The notes under the pieces are model-generated. The model had not been told where the DNA came from. It worked only from the letters and a program-made list of their open reading frames with translations, and did not search any database. Positions 27,292-37,287 of a stretch of 64,000 bases of DNA are shown here, piece by piece; the first letter of the stretch is position 1; every line of letters starts with the position of its first letter. Source of the stretch: a bacterium (GTDB lineage Bacteria > Krumholzibacteriota > Krumholzibacteriia > G020349025); NCBI GenBank assembly GCA_031362565.1, contig JANLSU010000058.1:32001-96000 (forward strand), written 5' to 3'. A program made the translations under genes and the position numbers.

Positions 27292-29628
27292 ATGCTGGTC
27301 GTGGGGAAAGGGCGCGCGTCGGCTCGGGCGGACGTGCGCAGTGGGTGGGTGTGCGTCGTCCTGGCGGCCGCCATCGCATGCTTGGCGACCGGCGCCGGCG
27401 CGCAAACGCTGCCACCGGCGGCGACGGTCCCGAACGTCGTGCGGATCGAGGTCGAAGGCAATCACCAGGTGCCGGTCGATCAAATCCTCCAGTGGTTCGG
27501 TGTCCGTGCCGGTGACCGCTTCGACCCAGGGCGTGTCGCACGTGCCGTCCGCGAACTGACCTCGAAGAAACGATTCGAAGACGTGCGCATCGAGGGCGAG
27601 AACGCCGCCGGTGGCATCGTGTTGCACGTCGTGGTGCGCGAGTATCCGCACCTGGACGGGGTCCGGATCGTCGGTGCCAAGAAGCTCAAGGAAAAGGACA
27701 TCCGCGACGCCCTCAAGCTCGCCACCGGCAGCTTTCTGACCCCGGCTGAGTTGCGTGTCGACCAAGACAAGATCACGTCGTTGTACAAGGACAAGGGCTA
27801 CTTCCGCGCCGTGGTACGCGACACACTGGTCGCGGACGCCGACGGCAAGCAAGCATTGCAATGGCAGATCGAGGAAGGCGAGAAGGTGCGGGCGCGCGAT
27901 GTTGCCTTCGTCGGCAACGACCACATCGCCGCCAAACCACTCGGCAAGCTCTTGAAGCGCGACGGCGGCTTCTTGTCGCTCGGCGACGAACTCCGGTTGG
28001 ATGCGCTGCCGGATGAGTTCGAGAAGATCGCCGGCTATTATCGCGACCGCGGCTACCTCGACGCGCAAGTCGTGTCGCACGATCTCGACGTCGGCAAGGA
28101 CGGCGAGAGCCTGCTGCTGCGGATCCACGTCCAGGAGGGGCCCCGGTATACCGTCGGCACCATCGGCTGGTCCGGCAACACGGTGTTCGGCGACTCGCTC
28201 TTGCAACGCTGCATTCGCCTGCGCCAGGGCGCGCCGTTCAGCGAGGCGCAGTACGACTCGACGACCGCCGCGATCTACTCGCTCTACAACGACCGCGGCT
28301 ACATTCACTTCAATGCCGTGCCAAAGCGCGACATCCAGGATCATGTCGTGAACGTCGCCTACGAGTTCAGCGAGGGCGACCCGTCCACCGTCGGCCACGT
28401 GCGTATCGCCGGCAATACCAAGACGCACGACAACGTTATTCTGAGAGAATTCCTCATCCTGCCGGGCGACAAATTCGACCGTTCGAAGCTCATGCGTTCG
28501 ATCCGCGAAGTGTATTCGCTCGGTTTCTTCGACGACGCCGGGATCCAGAACTTCACGCCGCGCGACGACGGCACGGTCGACCTGGAGCTCAAAGTGATGG
28601 AGAAACAAACCGGCCAGCTCGGCGCCGGCGCCGGCTACAGCGCCGTGAATGCCGTCACCGGTTTCATCGAGGTCGCGGAAACGAATCTGTTCGGCAGCGG
28701 CAACCGCATGTCGTTCCGCTGGGAGTTTTCGAAACGCCAGAACGATGTCGACTTCAGCTACTCGATGCCGTGGCTGTTCGACACTCCAACGTCGCTCGGC
28801 ATCGACCTCTACAATAGTTCGCGCCGGTCGGCAGTCAGCGATTTCTATCGCGACAAGCGCACCGGTGGTTCGCTCACCGTCGGCCGCCGGCTCGATTTCC
28901 TGGACTACAGCCGGCTGGCGTGGCGGTTCCGCGCCGAGAGCATCGAGCTGACCGATTTCTCGGCCGACTACACCGGCCCGCTGCGGGCCCGTTTCAAGGA
29001 TGGGCGGCGCAAGACGATCAGCACCGGCCTGACGCTGCGGCGTGACTCGACGAACGACCCGTTCTTCCCGAGTGCCGGCTCCGAGGCCGAACTCTCGAGC
29101 GACTTGATCGGCACGGTTTTGGGCGGCGATGAAAGCTACGCGCGCTCGAGCGCCTCGTTGGCGCTGTTTCAGCCGGTCGGGTGGTCGAGACTGGCTCTCA
29201 TGCTGCGGACGCGCTTCGGCCTGCTGCGCGGCCTGCGTGGCCACAGCACGCCGGATTACGAACTGTTCCGTTTGGGCGGCAGCCGCTATTTCGGAGTCCG
29301 TGGGTACGATGACTTCGAAATCGTGCCGGCGGGGAACCCGGCGTTTCTGGGCGGCCAGGCCATGTCCATCTATACGGCCGAACTGACCTACCCCTTCAGT
29401 CCCAAGTTCCACGGCGTCCTGTTCGCCGACGCCGGCAACACCTGGACCTCGTTTCGCGACGCGGACTTGTCGTTGCTCAAGAAGGGCGCCGGGGTGGGTG
29501 TCCGGGTCCAGGTCCCCATGCTGGGACAGCTGGGTCTGGACTACGGGTACGGCTTCGACCGGGTCGACGCCCTCGGGCGGGACCGGGATAGCTGGAATCT
29601 GCACTTCAACTTCGGCCAAATGTTCTGA
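27292..29628 (+). CDS. bamA: Outer membrane protein assembly factor BamA
   Basis: Signal peptide, POTRA repeats (YYRDRGYLDA, GNTKTHDNVILRE), ETNLFGSG, VRGY motif, C-terminal NFGQMF. Confidence 0.95.
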   Translation: MLVVGKGRASARADVRSGWVCVVLAAAIACLATGAGAQTLPPAATVPNVVRIEVEGNHQVPVDQILQWFGVRAGDRFDPGRVARAVRELTSKKRFEDVRIEGENAAGGIVLHVVVREYPHLDGVRIVGAKKLKEKDIRDALKLATGSFLTPAELRVDQDKITSLYKDKGYFRAVVRDTLVADADGKQALQWQIEEGEKVRARDVAFVGNDHIAAKPLGKLLKRDGGFLSLGDELRLDALPDEFEKIAGYYRDRGYLDAQVVSHDLDVGKDGESLLLRIHVQEGPRYTVGTIGWSGNTVFGDSLLQRCIRLRQGAPFSEAQYDSTTAAIYSLYNDRGYIHFNAVPKRDIQDHVVNVAYEFSEGDPSTVGHVRIAGNTKTHDNVILREFLILPGDKFDRSKLMRSIREVYSLGFFDDAGIQNFTPRDDGTVDLELKVMEKQTGQLGAGAGYSAVNAVTGFIEVAETNLFGSGNRMSFRWEFSKRQNDVDFSYSMPWLFDTPTSLGIDLYNSSRRSAVSDFYRDKRTGGSLTVGRRLDFLDYSRLAWRFRAESIELTDFSADYTGPLRARFKDGRRKTISTGLTLRRDSTNDPFFPSAGSEAELSSDLIGTVLGGDESYARSSASLALFQPVGWSRLALMLRTRFGLLRGLRGHSTPDYELFRLGGSRYFGVRGYDDFEIVPAGNPAFLGGQAMSIYTAELTYPFSPKFHGVLFADAGNTWTSFRDADLSLLKKGAGVGVRVQVPMLGQLGLDYGYGFDRVDALGRDRDSWNLHFNFGQMF

Positions 29629-29715
29629 AATCGCCTAGAATGCCGGGCGCTCCGGGCCTCTCGAGGGCCCTGTGGGCCCGTGGGGCCTCGCGTCACCAAA
29701 AGCGCCAACGGGAGG

Positions 29716-30252
29716 ATGCTGGTCTTGCAAAGAAATGTGGTTTTTGCGACGATGTGCGCCCTGTTAGCGGCGGCCGTGGCCCGCCCGTCGGTAGCCGACG
29801 AGATCAAGCTGGGGTACGTGGACGGCGAGAAAATCGTTCAGTCCTACAAGGGTTACAAAGACGCGGAGTCGCAGTTCGAGAAACAGCGCGACGCCTGGAA
29901 CCAGGAGTTCGACAAGCGTTCACGCGAGCTGAAGGCTGCTGAAGAAGACTTCAAAGCCCAACAGCTCATGTTGAGCGAGGCGAAACGCAAAGAGAAGATC
30001 GACCTGCTGGAAACGCGTCGGAAGGACCTCGAGAAGTACTACCAGGATATCTTCGGTGCCAACGGCGAGGCCGCTCGCAAAAACGAGGAGTTGCTACGCC
30101 CGATCCTCGACAAGGTGAATCTCCTCATCAAGGAGTTCGGGCAAGCAGAGAAATATACGTTGATCTTGGACGCAGCGAATACCGGGATCGCCTACGCTCC
30201 AGAGGCGATCAACCTGACGGACAAGATCATCGAGCGCCTGAACGCCCAATGA
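29716..30252 (+). CDS. skp: OmpH/Skp periplasmic chaperone
   Basis: Signal peptide, KLGYVD, long coiled coil, YTLILD...INLTDKII; true start may be TTG 29725 given RBS spacing. Confidence 0.9.
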   Translation: MLVLQRNVVFATMCALLAAAVARPSVADEIKLGYVDGEKIVQSYKGYKDAESQFEKQRDAWNQEFDKRSRELKAAEEDFKAQQLMLSEAKRKEKIDLLETRRKDLEKYYQDIFGANGEAARKNEELLRPILDKVNLLIKEFGQAEKYTLILDAANTGIAYAPEAINLTDKIIERLNAQ

Positions 30253-30305
30253 CGGGCCGTAGGGCGTTGCGGCGTCGGGCCACCGCCCTTTCCAAGGATT
30301 GATCC

Positions 30306-31403
30306 ATGACCTCGAACAAGGCTGCCGGATTGGAGCGCCTGTCGCGCCCGGAATCGCCGTGTCTGTTGCTCACCGAAGTCGCTCACCTGGTCGGGGGTGA
30401 GGTGGTGGGCGGTTCGAATCCGCTGATCACGGGCGTTGCGGGGATCCGCGACGCCCAGCCCGGAGAACTGACGTTTCTCGGCGCGCGGCGCTATCAGCCG
30501 TACTTGCAGACCACCCGCGCCAGTGCGGTTTTGGTGGGCCGGACGGAAGCGGTGCACCAGCCGGTCGTACGCGTCGACAATCCGGCCCTCGCCTTCATGA
30601 AGGTGCTGCGCTACTTCAGTGAGGCGGTGACCCTCACCTTTCCGCGCACCGTGCATTCGACCGCCATTGTCGACGAGACCGTGCATCTAGGCCGCGACGT
30701 GTCGATTGGCGCGCATGTCGTGATCGAGGGCGGCGTCACGATCGGCGACCGCACGGTGATTTTGCCCGGCACGTGCATCCTGCGCCACTCGCGGATCGGA
30801 TCCGACTGCACGCTGTATCCCAACGTCGTGTTGCGCGAGTACACCGAGATCGGCGACCGGGTGATCGTCCATGCCGGCGCCGTGTTGGGCAGCGACGGGT
30901 TCGGTTTCCTGAGCGACGGCACGGCCCATTTGAAGGTGCCGCAGATCGGCCACGTGGTGATCGAAGACGACGTGGAGATCGGCGCCAATTCCTGCATCGA
31001 CCGGGCGACGACGGGGATCACCCGGGTGCGCCGCGGCACCAAGATCGACAATCTCGTGCAGGTGGCGCACAACGTCGAGATCGGCGAAGACAGCATCCTG
31101 TGCGCCCAGGTCGGCGTCTCGGGCAGCACGGTCGTCGGCAGCCGCGTCAAGCTTGCAGGACAAGCGGGTTTGGTCGGCCACATTCGCATCGGCGACGGTG
31201 CGACGGTCGGCGCCCAGGGTGGCGTCACGAAATCGGTCCCGGCCGACAGCGTCTGGTCGGGCTATCCGGCCCGCGAGCATCTCTCGGCACTGCGCCAGTA
31301 CGCGGCGCTCATGCGTCTGCCGGGGGCGCTCGACGAATTGCGCCGCCTTGCCGACCGCGTCGCGGCGCTCGAGTCCGGCGCCGATCGTGAGACGTCCACT
31401 TGA
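30306..31403 (+). CDS. lpxD: UDP-3-O-acyl-glucosamine N-acyltransferase LpxD
   Basis: Hexapeptide repeats, [37 protein letters not shown]. Confidence 0.96.
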   Translation: MTSNKAAGLERLSRPESPCLLLTEVAHLVGGEVVGGSNPLITGVAGIRDAQPGELTFLGARRYQPYLQTTRASAVLVGRTEAVHQPVVRVDNPALAFMKVLRYFSEAVTLTFPRTVHSTAIVDETVHLGRDVSIGAHVVIEGGVTIGDRTVILPGTCILRHSRIGSDCTLYPNVVLREYTEIGDRVIVHAGAVLGSDGFGFLSDGTAHLKVPQIGHVVIEDDVEIGANSCIDRATTGITRVRRGTKIDNLVQVAHNVEIGEDSILCAQVGVSGSTVVGSRVKLAGQAGLVGHIRIGDGATVGAQGGVTKSVPADSVWSGYPAREHLSALRQYAALMRLPGALDELRRLADRVAALESGADRETST

Positions 31404-32704
31404 TCGGCCAGCAGACCACCATTCGCGACGCCGTCGCTATCGAGGGACTCGGACTGCACACCGGCAGCCCGGTTCGCATGCAATTGCATCCGGCGGGGCC
31501 CGATCACGGCATCGTTTTCCGGCGCACCGACCAGACGCCGCCGGTCGACATCCCGGCGCTGGTCCGCTTCGCGCCGGAGCACAGCGACCTCGGGCGCAAC
31601 ACGACGCTGCAAAGCGGCGACGTCCGGATTCACACCGTCGAGCACATCCTGGCGGCGGTGAGCGGCCTCGGCATCGACAACCTGCGGATCGATCTCGACA
31701 GCCACGAGCCGGTGGAACCGCCGGACGGCAGCTGCGCTGCCTTCGTGGCCAAGCTGCGGACCGCTGGCATCGTCAAGCAAGGGACGCCGAAGCGCACCTT
31801 CACGGTGCGGCGCCCGGTGACGTTTCGGGACGGGGAAGTCGAACTGCAAGCCGTTCCGTACGACGGTTTCCGCATCACATTCACGATCGTTTACGACAAC
31901 CCGGTGATCGGCACCCAGCAGGCCAGCTTCGACATCGATCCCGAGACCTTCGAACGAGAGATCGCCCCGGCCCGCACGTTCGCACTGCTGCGTGATGTTC
32001 GGGAACTACAGAAGATCGGCCTGATCAAGGGCGGCACGCTGCAGAACGCCGTCGTCGTCGACGAGGACAAAATCGTCAACGACGGGCCGTTGCGTTTTCC
32101 CGACGAGTTCGTGCGCCACAAGATCCTCGATCTGCTCGGCGACTTGGCACTGCTCGGCCGGCCCATCCAAGGGCACATCCTCGCAGTGCGCTCCGGCCAC
32201 GAGACGAACGGCAAGTTCGTGCAACGCTTGGCGCAAGCCGCCGGCGACGTCAAGACATCGCGCCCCGGCATCGTCTGGGACATCAATGACATCCAACGCA
32301 TCATGCCGCACCGCTACCCGCTGTTGCTGGTCGACCGGATCCTCGAGTTCGAGGACCGCAAGCGGGTCGTGGGTATCAAAAACGTCACGATCAACGAACC
32401 GTTCTTCGTCGGCCATTTCCCGGGCCATCCGATCATGCCGGCGGTCCTCATCATCGAAGCCATGGCCCAATGCGGCGGCGTGTTGCTCCTGAACAGCGTC
32501 GACGATCCGGCGAACAAACTCATGTACTTCATGGGCATCGACAAGGCGCGCTTCCGGAAACCGGTGTTGCCGGGGGACCAGTTGCGCTTCGAGCTGCAGT
32601 TGCTGCGATTCGGCGGCTCGGTGTGCAAGATGGAAGGCAAAGCCTACGTCGATGGCGAACTGGTGGCCGAAGCGGAGCTGCTTTCGACGATCATCGAGAG
32701 GTAA
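31400..32704 (+). CDS. lpxC: Bifunctional LpxC/FabZ
   Basis: Lpx[38 protein letters not shown]. Fab[27 protein letters not shown]. Confidence 0.96.
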   Translation: MIGQQTTIRDAVAIEGLGLHTGSPVRMQLHPAGPDHGIVFRRTDQTPPVDIPALVRFAPEHSDLGRNTTLQSGDVRIHTVEHILAAVSGLGIDNLRIDLDSHEPVEPPDGSCAAFVAKLRTAGIVKQGTPKRTFTVRRPVTFRDGEVELQAVPYDGFRITFTIVYDNPVIGTQQASFDIDPETFEREIAPARTFALLRDVRELQKIGLIKGGTLQNAVVVDEDKIVNDGPLRFPDEFVRHKILDLLGDLALLGRPIQGHILAVRSGHETNGKFVQRLAQAAGDVKTSRPGIVWDINDIQRIMPHRYPLLLVDRILEFEDRKRVVGIKNVTINEPFFVGHFPGHPIMPAVLIIEAMAQCGGVLLLNSVDDPANKLMYFMGIDKARFRKPVLPGDQLRFELQLLRFGGSVCKMEGKAYVDGELVAEAELLSTIIER

Positions 32705-32706
32705 GA

Positions 32707-33483
32707 ATGCTCGACATTCACGCCACGGCCATCGTCCATCCGCACGCCCAACTCGGCCAGGACGTCACGGTCGGACCGTACTCCATCGTCGGTCCGGACG
32801 TGGTCGTCGGCGACGGCACCTGGATCGGCGCGCATGTCGTGCTCGAAGGCCGCACGACTCTCGGCAAGCGCAACCGCATCTTCCACGGCGCCGCACTCGG
32901 CGGTGCACCCCAGGATCTCAAATTCCGCGGCGAGACGACGTTTCTTCGCATCGGTGACGACAACACAATCCGCGAGTACGCGACGCTGAACCTGGCGTGC
33001 ATCGACGGCGAATCGACCCTGGTCGGGGATGGCTGCTTGCTCATGGCCTATGTGCACATCGCCCACAACTGCCATGTCGGCTCGGGGGTGATTCTGGCCA
33101 ACGCCGTCAATCTCGCCGGCCACGTCGAAGTGCAGAATTTCGCGACGATCGGCGGCATCACGCCGGTGCATCAGTTCGCGCGCATCGGCACCTATGCGTT
33201 CATTGGCGGCGGCAGCCGGGTTCCCAAAGACGTCCCGCCCTACGTCAAGGCAGCCGGCAATCCGCTCGAATTGGCCGGCATCAACAGCATCGGGCTCGAG
33301 CGCCATGGTTTCGACGAAGACCGGCGCGCGACGTTGAAACGTGCTTACCGCATTCTGTTCCGCTCCGGCTTGAACGTCTCGCAGGGCCTCTCTCGTCTGA
33401 AGGCGGAGTGCGATCCTCACGATGAAGACCTGCAGATCTTGATCCGCTTCGTCGAAACGTCCGAACGCGGGATCGAAACCTGA
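32707..33483 (+). CDS. lpxA: UDP-N-acetylglucosamine acyltransferase LpxA
   Basis: IHATAIV, PQDLKF, NTIREY, MAYVHIAHNC, LAGHV, VHQF, DVPPY. Confidence 0.96.
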   Translation: MLDIHATAIVHPHAQLGQDVTVGPYSIVGPDVVVGDGTWIGAHVVLEGRTTLGKRNRIFHGAALGGAPQDLKFRGETTFLRIGDDNTIREYATLNLACIDGESTLVGDGCLLMAYVHIAHNCHVGSGVILANAVNLAGHVEVQNFATIGGITPVHQFARIGTYAFIGGGSRVPKDVPPYVKAAGNPLELAGINSIGLERHGFDEDRRATLKRAYRILFRSGLNVSQGLSRLKAECDPHDEDLQILIRFVETSERGIET

Positions 33484-33500
33484 CGCCGGCGGGACGACCG

Positions 33501-34472
33501 ATGCGTGTGGCGGTCGTCGGCACCGGCCACCTCGGACGCGAGCACGCGCGGGTCTATTCGCAGTTGCCGGATGTCCAACTGGTGGGCGTGTACGACATCG
33601 ACGAGGCGGCGGCGCGCGCCGCGGCCGAGCGCGCCGCTTGCCCGGTCCTGACCGGCCTCGGCGCCGTGTTGGCCGGCGCCGATGCGGTCAGCGTCTGCGT
33701 GCCGACGCCCGCCCACGCGGAGATTGCCGGCGCGTGTCTCGAGGGCGGGCTGCACGTTCTCGTCGAGAAGCCGATCACCGACGACTTGGAGAGCGCGCGT
33801 GCCTTGTGCCGTTTGGCTGCGGCACGCCACCGGGTTCTGCAAGTCGGCCACATCGAGCGCTTCAATCCGGCGATGGTTGCCGCCGCCCTGCACCTGCATG
33901 CGCCGCGTTTCATCGAATCACACCGCCTGGCGCCGTTCGGCCGCCGCGGCGCCGACGTGCCGGTGGTTCTCGACTTGATGATTCACGACCTCGACTTGGT
34001 GCTGAGCCTCGTCGGTGACGATGTCGAGAGCATCGACGCATCCGGGGTCGCGGTTCTGACGCCGAGCACCGATATCGCCAACGCCCGGCTGCGGTTTCGG
34101 AACGGTTGTGTCGCCAACCTCACCGCCAGCCGCATCTCGATCGAACGCGTTCGCAAGATCCGTTTCTTCCAGCCCGACAGTTATATTTCGGTGGATTTGT
34201 CGGGCGGCCAAGTCGCGATGTACCGCAAACAGGCAGGCTTCGATGCGGCGGCGTTTCAGGCGGCACTCCGGCGCGGTGAAACGCCGGACTTGTGGCAGGC
34301 GGTCGAACCGGTGTCCGTGCCGGTGGTGCCCGACGAGCCGCTGCGGCTCGAACTGGCTGCCTTTATCGAGTGTGTGCAAAGCGGCGCCGCGCCGGCGGTG
34401 CGCGGCGAAGATGGGGTGCGCGCTCTCGAAGTTGCCTGCGAGATCGAGCGCCTCTTGCGCACGGAGTCCTGA
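33501..34472 (+). CDS. Gfo/Idh/MocA oxidoreductase (GnnA-like candidate)
   Basis: VVGTGHLG, LVEKP, QVGHIERFNPA, VVLDLMIHDLD, ANLTASR; lies between lpxA and lpxB. Confidence 0.88.
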   Translation: MRVAVVGTGHLGREHARVYSQLPDVQLVGVYDIDEAAARAAAERAACPVLTGLGAVLAGADAVSVCVPTPAHAEIAGACLEGGLHVLVEKPITDDLESARALCRLAAARHRVLQVGHIERFNPAMVAAALHLHAPRFIESHRLAPFGRRGADVPVVLDLMIHDLDLVLSLVGDDVESIDASGVAVLTPSTDIANARLRFRNGCVANLTASRISIERVRKIRFFQPDSYISVDLSGGQVAMYRKQAGFDAAAFQAALRRGETPDLWQAVEPVSVPVVPDEPLRLELAAFIECVQSGAAPAVRGEDGVRALEVACEIERLLRTES

Positions 34473-35584
34473 TGCGCGTCCTCGTCGTGACCGGCGAGGC
34501 CAGCGGCGACGCGCACGCAGCGAAGGTGGTGCGCCACCTGCGCGCGGCGGGCGCCGAGGTCGCGGCCGTCGGTGGCCCGGCACTTGCCGCGACCGGGGCG
34601 CGGATCCTAGAGCGCGTCGAAGCACTGACGGTCGTTGGTTTCGTCGAAGTCCTCGCCCGCATGCCGCGCCTCGTGGCGCTCAAACGGCGCCTCGACGCCG
34701 GGCTGCAAGCCGGCGAATACGACCTCGCTCTCCTCGTCGACTACGCCGGATTCAACTTACGCATTGCCGCCAGCGCGCACCGGGCTGGAGTCCCGGTCCT
34801 GTACTTCGTCGGACCGCAAGTGTGGGCGTGGCGGGCGCACCGGCTGCGGGCGATGCGCGAGCGTGTCGACCATGTGGCGCTCATCCTGCCGTTCGAAAAA
34901 CCGCACTACGACGCGGCGGGAGTGCCGGCGACATTTGTCGGACATCCGTTGCTCGACGATCCACGTGGCGTGGCGGTCGAACCGGATCGCGATCTCGGAT
35001 TGTTTCCCGGCAGCCGGCCGCAGGAAATCGCCGCGCACCTGCCGGTCCTTTTGGCGACGGCAGCGCGCCTGCAGCGTTCGCGGCCGGGTTTGCGGCTGCT
35101 CGTGAGCCAAGCTCCGACCGTCGATGCAGCGGCGATGCAACGCCGGTTGCGGGCCGCCGGCTTCGATCCGGATGCGGTACTCGTCTCCGAGGCGACGGGG
35201 GTCGCGATGCGGCGCTGCCGGGCCCTGTTGGTGGTTTCCGGCACCGCCACTCTCGAAGCGGCGCTGGCGGAACGGCCGTTCGCGGTGCTGTATCGGACGA
35301 GCGGCTTGACGTTCGCGGTGGCCAGGCGCTTGGTGCGCGTGCCGTCGGTGGCGCTTGCCAACTTGGTGGCGGGGGAGCGCGTCGTGCGGGAATACTTGCA
35401 GGGCGATGCAAATCCGGCGGCGCTGGCCGCCGAAGCAGCACGCCTGCTCGATGATCCCGTTGAACGCGAGCGCATCTTGGCCGGCGTCCGCCACGTGCGC
35501 GAACGGCTGGGTCCCCCCGGCGGGCCGGCGCGGGTCGCGGCGCTCGCCTACGACGTCGTGCGGCGCGCTGGACCCCGGCCATGA
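34472..35584 (+). CDS. lpxB: Lipid-A-disaccharide synthase
   Basis: TGEASGD, VDYAGFN, PQVWAWR, ILPFE, FVGHPL, FPGSR, SGTATLE, LANLV. Confidence 0.95.
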   Translation: MRVLVVTGEASGDAHAAKVVRHLRAAGAEVAAVGGPALAATGARILERVEALTVVGFVEVLARMPRLVALKRRLDAGLQAGEYDLALLVDYAGFNLRIAASAHRAGVPVLYFVGPQVWAWRAHRLRAMRERVDHVALILPFEKPHYDAAGVPATFVGHPLLDDPRGVAVEPDRDLGLFPGSRPQEIAAHLPVLLATAARLQRSRPGLRLLVSQAPTVDAAAMQRRLRAAGFDPDAVLVSEATGVAMRRCRALLVVSGTATLEAALAERPFAVLYRTSGLTFAVARRLVRVPSVALANLVAGERVVREYLQGDANPAALAAEAARLLDDPVERERILAGVRHVRERLGPPGGPARVAALAYDVVRRAGPRP

Positions 35585-37287
35585 AGGCGCGGGTGTGGGC
35601 GGGGGAAGCGCTGCTCCGCGCCCTGGGTTCGACGTGGCGCGTCGAACTCGAGGGCGGCGACCGGCTCGCGGCGGCGCGGCGCGCCAGTCCGCACGGCAAT
35701 GTGATCTTGGCCTTGTGGCATAGCTCACTGCTCATTTTGGCGTACACGCATCGCGGCAAAGGCATCCAAGTCCTCGTGAGCCAGCATCGTGATGGCGAGT
35801 GGATTGCGCAGATCTTGGCGCGCTTAGGGAACGGCTTGGTGCGCGGCTCGAGCCGCCGGGGCGGTGTTGAAGCTCTGTTTCGGATGACGACGCATCTCGA
35901 AGCCGGACGCGACGTCGCGGTGACGGTGGACGGGCCGGTTGGACCACGTTACACGGTGCATCCGGGGGTCATTCTGCTGGCGCGACGGACGGGCACGCCG
36001 ATCGTACCGTTGGTGCCGGCTTTCGAGCGCGGGCGGTTCTTGCGCACTTGGGATGCGTTGCGCGTTCCGAGTCCGGGATCCAGGGTGCATGTCGACCATG
36101 ACGCGGCCTTTTTCGTCCGCAAGGCGAATGCGGCGGGAACTGTTGCCGGCGAGCAACGGCGACTGGAACAGGCGATGCAGGCCGCGACGGCACGCGCCGA
36201 AGAACGCTTTGGCCGGGTGTTTGTCGGGCGCGACGTTCAGGATCACCGGTCGTATTGGGAACGGGCTTCGGAACGCCCGACGCCGCCGGCGGCGTTGCGG
36301 GCGCTGGCGGTGGTCCATGCCGGGGCGGTGCGCATCGAGCGTGCGGCGCGGCCGCGGCCGCGCGGTCGCGGCGGCTCGCCGTGGGTGATTGGCATCGGCA
36401 ATCTCGAAGCGGGCGGTACCGGCAAGACACCGTGCCTGATCGAAATCGCCGCCGCTCTCGTGGAGCGTGGCCGCCGCGTCGCGGTCTTGACCCGCGGGCA
36501 TGGCGGCACGCTCGGCCGGCGGCCCACCTTCGTCGACCGGGAGCACCTCGAAGGCGCCGCGGATGAAACGCGCGAGATGGCGGCCGCCCTGGGACTCGGC
36601 ACGCGCCTGCTCGTGGCGCGTGACAAGCGCGCCGGTCTCGAGGTGCTTCGCCTTGCCGGCGACTGCGACGTGGTGCTCGTGGACGACGCATTCCAGACAG
36701 CCGGACTCGAGGTCGACCGCCATTTGGTGCTGCTCGATTGGCAGCAGCCGCTCGCCAACGGCTGGTTGTTGCCCGCCGGGCGCTTGCGCGAACCGGCGGC
36801 CGGGCTCCGCCGCGCCGGGGTGCTCCTTTTTACCCGTGCCGCGTCAGACCGCGCGCCGGACCATGCGGCGTGGGCGCACATCGCGCCAGAGCGGCGCTTC
36901 TGTGTGTCCGAGGCCGCCGGGGCGCTCCGAACTCCGGGTGGCGCCGTGCGTCCGCCGGAGGCGTTGCGTGGCCAGGGCGTCGCGGCGCTTTGCGGCCTGG
37001 GCCATCCCCAGGCGTTCGAGACGCTCGTCTTCGCAGTCGCGAAGCAGGGTGGTTTCGAACTGCGGCGCGCCGTTCGCGTCGGTGATCATGCGCCGCTCGA
37101 AGCGCAACTCCGCAAGTTGGTCGGCCGCCTCGAGGCGCTCGGCTGTGCGCACGTCGTGACGACGCGTAAGGACCTGGCGCGCCTGCCACCGGCCTCCCAA
37201 TGGAACGAGCCGCTGCTCGTGCTCGAACAGCGGCTCGTTTTCGCAGATCGCAACGGGCTCCTGGAGAGCCTGCTGCCGCGGACCTAG
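35581..37287 (+). CDS. lpxK: Fusion of DUF374 (LpxJ-like acyltransferase) and tetraacyldisaccharide 4'-kinase LpxK
   Basis: N-half: LWH, VSQHRDGE, VRGSSRRGG, TVDGPVGP, TWD. C-half: IGNLEAGGTGKTP, LTRGHG, LVDDAFQ, LLPAGRLREP, GLGHP, DH, TTRKD. One uninterrupted frame. Confidence 0.85.
   Translation: MKARVWAGEALLRALGSTWRVELEGGDRLAAARRASPHGNVILALWHSSLLILAYTHRGKGIQVLVSQHRDGEWIAQILARLGNGLVRGSSRRGGVEALFRMTTHLEAGRDVAVTVDGPVGPRYTVHPGVILLARRTGTPIVPLVPAFERGRFLRTWDALRVPSPGSRVHVDHDAAFFVRKANAAGTVAGEQRRLEQAMQAATARAEERFGRVFVGRDVQDHRSYWERASERPTPPAALRALAVVHAGAVRIERAARPRPRGRGGSPWVIGIGNLEAGGTGKTPCLIEIAAALVERGRRVAVLTRGHGGTLGRRPTFVDREHLEGAADETREMAAALGLGTRLLVARDKRAGLEVLRLAGDCDVVLVDDAFQTAGLEVDRHLVLLDWQQPLANGWLLPAGRLREPAAGLRRAGVLLFTRAASDRAPDHAAWAHIAPERRFCVSEAAGALRTPGGAVRPPEALRGQGVAALCGLGHPQAFETLVFAVAKQGGFELRRAVRVGDHAPLEAQLRKLVGRLEALGCAHVVTTRKDLARLPPASQWNEPLLVLEQRLVFADRNGLLESLLPRT

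Noticed and set aside
24163..29619. 1818-aa minus-strand ORF
   Set aside because: Antisense shadow of mcsB/clpC/bamA; expected from high GC3 bias; no recognisable motifs
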